From the human T2T-CHM13v2.0 reference genome, Homo sapiens, in the NCBI RefSeq assembly GCF_009914755.1, contig NC_060938.1: DNA of 64,000 nt, one strand, 5' to 3'. The notes under the pieces are model-generated. The model was not told where the DNA came from and ran no database searches. It was given only the letters and a program-made list of their open reading frames with translations. Below are positions 56,176-64,000 of this stretch, one piece after another. Position numbers and translations under genes: made by a program. The number at the start of each line of letters is the position of its first letter. Position 1 is the stretch's first letter.

Positions 56176-57308
56176 GGATGTGACTGAGGGTGGGGACTTG
56201 GGTGAATGCCGGCCAGGAGTGACATCAAGGGTTTGAAGCAGACCCTCTGTCCAGGAGGGAGCGGAGGCAGAGCAGGGACAGTAGTGAGGAGGCCATCTGT
56301 GGTGACTTAGGCAAGGTGAGGAGGATGTAGGAGGCAAGAAGGCGAAGCCCCTGTGGGATGAAGGAAGGGTCCACGGGGGGCCTGGGCAGTTGACGGAGTT
56401 GCCTCCCTCGGAGGGAAGGCCATGGGAAGCCACAGGGAAAAAGCACGTTTGGGGAAAGATCAGGAGAAGGGGTTTCAGCAAGTCTGTCTTTCGGACATTC
56501 AAGTGGAGCTGTCAAATCAGGGACCAATGGGACACAGGAGCCTGGCTTTCTGGAGAGCAGCCTGACTGCAGCTCTGGGTTCCCAGCTCCCAAGCGGTCAG
56601 GGAGCACTCGGTAAAGGCTGGGAGGAGCGAGTGACGTACGGACGACCGAACAGACGAATGATGGAAGGGCACACTGTCACACTGTTGGGGTGCCAGCCCA
56701 GAACTGGGAGACTGGTGTGACCCTGCCAGCAGGTGACACAGGGCTGCACCAGGCTAGGATGCCACACGGTAGGTGGGAAGGTGAAGGCACTGAGGGGCAA
56801 AGCTGGCATTTCTCAACCGAAAATGTGCACAACCTCTGCTGATGGGACGAAGTGCTCATCTGGAGCCAGGCAGAGACAGTGACTTGAGACCTGTCACTGG
56901 CTGGGTGGGTGACTTGGGCCAGCATTGCATCTTCTTGGCGCCTCCCTCCAGGGCCGTTCTGAGGGGCGATGTCTGCACGGTGCTTTGGCATAGAACCTGG
57001 CACCTGCATATGGTCATCAGGACAGACACAAAAGTTCATGCAAACATCCCCTCTCTGGGCCTGCTCACATGGGATATTCGTCATCAATTCTTAGCTACTG
57101 GGGCAGAAAGGGCTTGAGCAAATAGAACTGGGGTCCCTGATGTCCCAACACATGGAGCCATCAACTCGCATGCTGTTCAGGCCTCGACTGACAATGTGGT
57201 CTGCCACAGCCTCCACAGGTGGCGTCCTCCTGAGAGAGACACAGGCCACCCGAGGGCATCCAGTCCCGGCTGAGCTAGGCAGTCTCCGGCTCCGATTTCG
57301 CTTAGTAC

Positions 57309-57423
57309 CTGCTTTCTGCCCTCCTTGGAAATCTGGCAGCTGTTACTGAGTGGTTCCGGTGCCACAGGGTGCTCCGGAAAGCCAGCTTTTCTGTGGCTGC
57401 CCAGAGCCCGCTTCTCTGTTTTC
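57309..57423 (-). CDS. MOK: MOK exon (115 nt): (R)KTEKRALGSHRKAGFPEHPVAPEPLSNSCQISKEGRKQ
   Basis: Acceptor tctccttccccgtag| and donor CAG|gtacta; phases 2/0 fit the neighbouring exons. Confidence 0.92.
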
Positions 57424-58136
57424 CTACGGGGAAGGAGAAGAGAATGGAGCAGCTCCACTGAGAGCCCGCAGAGCACACGGCCTACTGGCTTCTTTGTCTC
57501 CAATTTGTCTACTGTGTGAGTTGTCACTAGCTCTTCTTTTCTGCCTGAGCTGTAATCAGGAGCCTTTTTTTTTCTTTTCTGTCTCAGCCTGACAGTCTCT
57601 GGGCCAGGAACAGAGCTGGCTCCATGAATCAGAAGCGCTGCCTACCCAGGGACTCGCAGTTTCAGATCAAACTGTCACCTCCACAGTTAGGCAAACAGGA
57701 GTGTCCAGAGGTCCGGAATTAGGTGACCTCAGGGCAGACAGGTCTTAGATTCACATTCAGCAGGTACTTCCAGCGCCAGGTGACATCCACAGTGCTCTAC
57801 CATCTCAGAATGCATCCTGTTCACACCATTTACAAGGGCCGCACACCAGGCTCTTCTAGAAGGATTACTACCTGTAGCCTTGGCATCAACCGCAAAGTGG
57901 ACAGCCAGCCCCTCTTTCTCCTGCCGTGGAGCTGCTAACATCCTCATTTTGGGGAGGATACACCAGAAGGCAGCACGGTGTGGGCCCCAAGAGGCCCTGA
58001 CCACTCTTCAGGATAGAGAGCGCGATTCCCAAGAACCAGGGACCCTCCAGGGGGCAGTACCTTGCCCCACCATGTGCCCATGGGTCTCATTTGCCAGGTC
58101 CTGCATCTGCCCCACCGAACCCACGAGAGTGCCTAC

Positions 58137-58310
58137 CTCTGTTCTTGGAAGTAGGGGTGCTGCAGGGCCTGGTGGGCGGCGATTCTCTCATCGGGATCAT
58201 AGGCCACCATTGCGTGCAGGAGGGAGAGGCATTGTGGGGACAAATTGGTTGTTAGTAGAGGTATTCCTGATCCCTTTTTAAAAGGAAAATCAAAATTCAT
58301 AGCTCTCGAC
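58137..58310 (-). CDS. MOK: MOK exon (174 nt), kinase subdomains X-XI: SRAMNFDFPFKKGSGIPLLTTNLSPQCLSLLHAMVAYDPDERIAAHQALQHPYFQEQ
   Basis: Acceptor tttttaatacag| and donor AG|gtaggc; CMGC kinase end motif YDPDERI..QAL.HPYF. Confidence 0.95.
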
Positions 58311-58359
58311 CTGTATTAAAAACCCAATGATAATAAATGGTCATGCTGTCACTGAGCGC

Positions 58360-58630
58360 ACCGGTGGTCCACTGTCACAACTAAGGGCCCTGTGTGGTGG
58401 GGAATGGTTTATGACTGCAGAGTCTACACCTGTCCCAGCCCACAGAACGTGCACCACCAAGAGGGACCCCTGATGTAAATGATGGGCTCTGTGTAGTAAT
58501 GAGATATCCACGGTTCATCGACCATAATAAACACACCACTCGAGGCAGGTGCTGACGACAGGGGAGGCTGTGTGCACATGGGGACAGGGCTCTATGGAAA
58601 CCTAAAACTGCTCTTAAAAAAATCTATTTA
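58360..58630 (+). mobile_element. Old L1M 3' end fragment
   Basis: gtacaccaccaagag-like / ggggaggctgtgtgcacatggggacaggg / aacctaaaactgctcttaaaaa motifs. Confidence 0.55.
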
Positions 58631-59289
58631 AAAATAGTCTATTATAAAGGGGGGGATCTGTTATGCTAAAAATGTAAGAAAACTACCTTTCCTATAAAAG
58701 ATTAATATCACCTTCCCACATGAGAAGAATGAAATAAAATTTAACAAAAAAAGAAGAGTCCAAAATGGTTGCCACCTTCTCCCTCCCTGGGATGTGGGGG
58801 CCGCTGGGTGCTACTTGCCCCTCAGCCCACAGGCCCTCCCTGGGAAGTCCCAACTCCCAGCCTCAGCTTCACCAGAATGACCCTAAGAGTCCGGGAACAC
58901 CTCTTCCAGGCGTCGGTCCCGCCAGCAGGGCTGTGGAGGGCTGCAGAAAGCCCTCACCACCTATGCTCTGTGCTTGGGGAACGTTTCCACCCAAAGGCTT
59001 CTAAGTCCTGTTTAAATTACTCAGGGAACACAGCCTGACTCCCCAGCCCTCAGAAAGCCTGTGACAAATCTTTCTGTGATGCTCAAGGAAGAGCTCACCT
59101 TTGAGACCACTTAAAGTGATGGGCTCTGTCTGAGCAGCCACTCACTGGCCCTCAAGTGAACTTGAACCCCTGTAGTCAGCCAAAGGAGCTCCTGAGAGGG
59201 GTTTGAGGGAGGCACAGGGAGGGGCTTGCCCTGCTGCAGGTCCTAGCAGGGGAGTGGGTCCACATCCACTCTCAGAACACAATACTTAC

Positions 59290-59391
59290 TGTTTGAACTT
59301 GGTGAGGATCTTCTGAGCGGGTGTGCCGATGACATCGTGGATTTTTGAGATTTGGTCCAGTTCATTTACTCCAGGAAAGAGGGGCTGCAGA
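59290..59391 (-). CDS. MOK: MOK exon (102 nt): LQPLFPGVNELDQISKIHDVIGTPAQKILTKFK
   Basis: Acceptor ccccttctgcccttccag| and donor CA|gtaagt; CMGC motif PLFPG..E.DQ...I..V.GTP; upstream exons lie beyond the window. Confidence 0.95.
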
Positions 59392-59421
59392 CTGGAAGGG
59401 CAGAAGGGGCACTGTGGTCAG

Positions 59422-59771
59422 TGTTAGGGCAGAGCCAACAGACCTCACCAATTACAAACCATCTGGACCGCACAAGGGGAGATCGTGGGAAGCATAAACA
59501 AACTTTACCTACACCCTTCTGTAAGTTCCTGCTGTTCATCTAGCTGCTACCGTAAACATCACAAGGTGATATGTGGCAAAATTAACCAGCAAACAACCCC
59601 GGGATGTGACCATACCGAAGAACTCCCTCAAACTCCCTTCCCCAATATAAACCCCTCAATCTGTAAGCTTGGGGCTGCTTCCTCTGACTGTTAAGCGGCC
59701 GGTGGCAGGTTAATAAAAACTTGCTTGCCTGACTTTAGGTCAATTTTTCCTTTCTCTCGGATGACCTAACA
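59422..59771 (+). mobile_element. 5' LTR of an endogenous retrovirus (350 bp)
   Basis: Inverted termini TGTTAGG...CCTAACA; TATAAA 59646-59651; AATAAA 59712-59717; PBS follows immediately. Confidence 0.9.
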
Positions 59772-59774
59772 TTC

Positions 59775-59792
59775 TGGTGCCGAAACCCGGGA
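59775..59792 (+). promoter_or_regulatory. Primer-binding site complementary to the 3' end of tRNA-Phe (HERV-F type)
   Basis: TGGTGCCGAAACCCGGGA, 3 nt after the LTR; probable major splice donor AGG|GTGAGT at 59987. Confidence 0.9.
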
Positions 59793-60215
59793 AGGGGGAT
59801 AGACTCTGGCCAGGACTCGCTCACTATCAATCTCTCTCTCTCTCTCTTTTTCTCTCTCTCTCCCTCCCTCCCCTATCACCCCTCTCCTGGCCAATCTCCC
59901 CTTCCCCGAACCTGCCAAAGACCCAGACAATCTCCTAGACTCTCCCATTGCTGGTGACTTCATCCACCATCAAAGCCTCCGCCAGGGTGAGTAAAAAGAG
60001 ACTGTTGCCATTCCCTGAACTCTTGACCGTCCATCTCCCATTTCCGAAAGACCCAGCGCTGGGCCAAGGGCTTCCTCCAGCCTCCAGGCCTCTGGTTCCT
60101 CCGTTTCAGGGACGCCTGACACGGTGGTTACCTCCTCTATTCCTGACAAGTTCCGCGGGAAAGGGGACGTCACCGGCAGTCTCTTCTTCCTCTACCCCCC
60201 TCCCTTCCATTCACT

Positions 60216-61826
60216 ATGGGAGCCTCTCAGTCTATTCCTCCTAAAACTACCCCCCTTGGGTGCCTCCTACACAATCTGTATACTCTTGGCCTCCGTTCAG
60301 AAATCTGCCCTAAAAGGCTTATCTTTTACTGTAACACCACATGGCCTCAATACAAATCAGACCATGGCTCCCAATGGCCTGAAAATGGCACTTTCGATTC
60401 CGACATGCTCAGAGACTTAGACAACTTTTGCCACCGCAGTGGGAAGTGGTCTGAGATTCCTCATGTTCAGGCTTTCTTTACTCTCTGTAGTCGTCCCTCC
60501 CTCTGCCAGTCCTGCTGTACTTTTCAAATTCTCCTCGCCTGCTCCAAACCCGACTCACCTCCTGCTCCCCTCATCCCAATAGCCCCAGCGGACGACTTCT
60601 CCTTCTTTGATCCCACCGATTTCTCCCCTCCTCGACAACATCCTAATCCTCCACCGGAACAGCATGACCCCCCACCGTATGCCTCCGCTCCGGCTCTACC
60701 TCTCTCTCCCCTTCTCTCCAACCACCCCACCTCCGACTCTGAGTCCTCCCCATCTCCACCCCTTACTCGTTCTCGAGCCCAACACGCCCAGCAGCCTGCT
60801 CCCTTGCTTCTTCTCCGGGAAGTGGCATGGGCCGAAGGGATGGTCCGTGTCCACGTCCCATTTTCCCTCTCTAATGTTTCCCAAATTGAGAAACGTCCAG
60901 GTTCTTCTCCGATCCCGACACTTACATCAAATAATTTAAATATCTCACCCAGTCTTATGAACTTACTTGGCATGATCTCTATATTATTTTGTCTTCTACC
61001 CTCCTTCCGGAAGAAAAGGAAAGAGTGTGGCTTGCAGCCCAGGCCCATGCCGATGACCTCCATCGGCAAGATCCTACTAGGCCAGTAGGGGCCGCTGCAG
61101 TTCCCTGAGAAGAGCGTACCTGGGCGTATCAACCCACAGGCCCCTGCCAGACCTCCTGTAATCATATGATTACTTGCCTCACTGCAGGCCTTAACAAAAC
61201 TGCCCATAAGGCTGTAAATTTCGAAAAACTCAAAGGAATCTCCCAAAAGGCCAATGAAAACCCTGCCCAATTCCTTTCTCGCCTTACAGAGACTCTCCAA
61301 AAATACACGCGTGTCGATCCCGCCTCCCGGGAAGGAACTATTGTTCTTTACATCCATTTTATTTCCCAATCTGCCCCCGACATCTGGCGCAAACTTAAAA
61401 AGGCTGAAGATGCCCCTCAGACCCCACAACGAGACCTCCTTAACTTGGCTTTCAAAGTCTTTAATAACAGGGATGAGCAAAATAAATTAGATAAAGCCCA
61501 AAGAGATCGTGCTAAATACCAGCTTCTAGCAGCGGCTGTCCATCAACCCAGCCGTATCACCCAAGGGCACAAAAGACCCGATAGCAGCAACCCTCCGGGC
61601 CTTGTTTTAAGTGTGGCAAAGAAGGCCACTGGGCATGGGTGTATCCTAACCCTTGAGTGCCAAAGAGTCCTTGTCCAGTGTGCCAGCAGACAGGCCACTG
61701 GAAGTCCGACTGTCCTCTCAACAGACAGACAAGCCTGCTCCTCAGAGCCACCACCCCTTTAACAAGACAAAAAGTGAAGAACCGCTTGCATTCCCGCAGC
61801 TCCTCAGCCTAGCCGCTGAGGACTGA
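60216..61826 (+). pseudogene. ERV gag, disrupted
   Basis: MGASQS myristoylation signal; WPQY...WPENGTF matrix; PPPY at 60669-60680; frameshift near 60900 and internal stops; MHR QKANENPAQFLSRL; two zinc knuckles (CFKCGKEGHW, degenerate, and CPVCQQTGHWKSDC); ends LAAED* at TGA 61824-61826. Confidence 0.93.
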
Positions 61827-64000
61827 CCGGGCCCAGGGCCCCCGGCCCCATCTGCCATCACTGCATTGGAGCCCAGGGTAACTCTGCGAGTAGCAGGTAA
61901 GCCGATCTCTTTTTAAATTGATAGCGGGGCCACCTACTCAGCTTTGCCTGAATTTTCAGGACCCACTCATCCCTCTCAGGTCTCAGTTGTGGGGGCTGAT
62001 GGACTCATCTTGCGTCCACGCGCCACCAGACCCCTTACTTGCTCTCTGTTTGATACTGTTTTCCCACACTCTTTCCTTATCATGCCTCGTTGCCCTACCC
62101 CCATCCTAGGCCAAATTCAAAGCCAAATTCAAATTCAAATTTTGGCCAAATTCAAAGCTTCTATCACCTTTTTCTCCCTCCCTCAACCGGAGTCCCTCCT
62201 ACTCCTCTATGCGAGTCCAGCCCCTGACCCCTCTCCCCAGTACCCACTTCCCACCTCTTTTGTAAACCCAATAGGGTGGGACACCACCACCCCTTCCCTA
62301 GCTACTCACCACGACCCCATCAAAATCCAGTTAAAAGACCTCTCTAAATTTCCCAGCATCCCCAAAAACCCTATCTCCCTAACCCACCAAAAAGGCTTAC
62401 AGCCCATCACAAACAAGCTCTGTTCACGCCGTCTTCTTAGGCCAACACGTTCTTCATATAACACCACCATCCTCCTGGTTAAAAAATCAGACGGCTCATA
62501 CCGACTCCTGCAAGACCTCCGAGCCATCAGTCAGGCTGTCTTTCCTATTCATCCCATAGTCCCTAACCCCTCTACACTTCTCTGTCTCATTCCCTCCAAC
62601 ACCACCTGCTACACTGCTATTGACCTAAAAGATGACTTTTTTTACTATTCCCCTGCACCCTGATTCCCAAAACCTCTTTGCTTTCACCTGGACCGACCTT
62701 GACACCCTCCAGTCACAACAACTAACCTGGACTGTCCTCCCTCAAGGCTTCAGAGATAACCCTCACTTCTTTGGACAAGCTTTAGCTCAAGATCTCACTT
62801 CCTTAAACCTTTTCCCTAGCCGTCTCCTTCAATACGTGGACAATCTTCTCCTTTGCAGCCCCTCTCTAGAAGACTCTCAAACTCACACAGTTACTCTCTT
62901 AAAACTTTCTCTCCATCAAAGGGTATAGAGTCTCCCCCTCCGAAGCTCAACTTTCCACCTCCATAGTAACTTACCTAGGAGTTCAACTTTCCCCTGGGAC
63001 CCGGGCTATGACCCCTGCCCTAGCAGCACTAATAGATAATCTGCCCTCGCCCTCCTCCAAAAGCGAAGTTCTTTCCTTCCTAGAACTAGCAGGCTTTTTT
63101 AGAATATGGATTCCCAACTTTGCCCTCCTAGCTCACCCACTCTATGAAGCAGCCAAAGGCCCTCTCAGTGAGCCTCTAAATCCCTCACGTAACATACTCC
63201 CCAACTTCTGCAAACTTCAAACCGCTCTTGTCACTGCACCAGCTCTGTCCTTACCTGGTATCTCCCAACCTCTCACACTCTATACTGCCAAAAGATGAGG
63301 AATAGCCCTCGGTGTCTTAGGGCAACAGAAAGGAGACCCTCCTTCCTTTGCCCCTGTAGCCTACCTCTCTAAACAGTTAGACAACACAGTCAGAGGATGG
63401 CCAACCTGTCTTAGAATGCTAGCAGCAGCGGCCACTTTAGCTGTAAGCAGGAAACTAACATTGAGTCAAAATACCACCACCTACAGTCCTCATAATCTAC
63501 AGGATCTCCTCTCCTCCCGAGCATGAGGCTCCCTCCTTTCCGGATTCAATTACTCCATGCCCTCTATCAAAAATCCTGAATTCGGTCTTGCCAAAAGTGC
63601 TCCCTTCAACCCAGCATCCTTACTCCCTGTATCTTCTTCCCTTCCTACTCATTCTTGCACTGACGTCCTAGATCACCTGCAGCCACACTTTCCTAACATT
63701 TCCTCCGAGCCTCTCACCAACCCCGATGACCAGCTATTTATAGATGGCCCCCCTTCTGGGCCCACTGGCTCCCCCAAAATTGCTGGGTATGCAGTTGTTT
63801 CCCTTGACCGAGTAATTGAAGCTAAGCCCCTACCTCCAGGAACCTCCTCTCAAAAAGCAGAATTCATAGCTCTCACCAGAGCCCTAACCCTTTCCAAAGG
63901 CAAACGAGTCAACACTTACACAGACTCCAAAGATGTATATCACATTCTTCATTCCCACGCCACCATCTGGCAAGAGAGGAGATTCCTTACTGCCAAAGTG
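61827..64000 (+). pseudogene. ERV pro-pol (protease, reverse transcriptase, RNase H), disrupted and running off the window
   Basis: IDSGAT protease motif (61917 onward) preceded by TAA; RT motifs LQDLRAI, IDLKDDFF, WTVLPQGFRD and YVDN (62833-62844, catalytic YVDD mutated); RNase H LFIDG, QKAEFIAL, YTDS; several frameshifts and stops. Confidence 0.93.

Noticed and set aside
59775-59792. tRNA-Phe-like sequence
   Set aside because: Only the 18-nt complement of the tRNA 3' end, placed next to an LTR: a primer-binding site, not a tRNA gene.
60524-61480. 318-aa ORF antisense to gag (sense to MOK)
   Set aside because: It starts at TTG, mirrors C-rich gag codons that give few stops on the opposite strand, and has no recognisable domain or exon boundaries. 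Only Ribo-seq would revive it.

Overview
Human-type (Alu/L1/L2/MIR-rich) genomic DNA, recognisable from the encoded proteins as the convergent 3' ends of WDR20 (+ strand) and MOK/RAGE (- strand), i.e. 14q32. WDR20 contributes a 183-nt coding exon (20540-20722), the large WD40 exon (34195-35472) and several alternative cassette and terminal exons; its first exon lies outside the window. MOK contributes its last five coding exons (59391 down to 54891) plus a probable alternative terminal exon near 52009. The last 4.6 kb is the 5' part of a decayed gamma-like endogenous retrovirus with a tRNA-Phe primer-binding site (HERV-F type: LTR, gag, pro, pol), inserted antisense 30 bp from a MOK splice acceptor. 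Most short ORFs in the track are Alu or GC-rich noise. I see no convincing wholly new biological system. The most interesting signals are a splice-versus-polyadenylation switch that changes the WDR20 C-terminus (a PDZ-type -GTVV tail, with a G5AG5 pause element after the proximal poly(A) signal), TE-derived exons, a probable 3' sense/antisense overlap, a displaced 40-bp copy of a MOK exon start, an ETS-motif minisatellite, the LTR terminus sitting in a branch-point zone, and a double hairpin inside a solo LTR. Gene names, isoform matches and repeat family names come from my recognition of the sequence, not from a search, and repeat boundaries are approximate.
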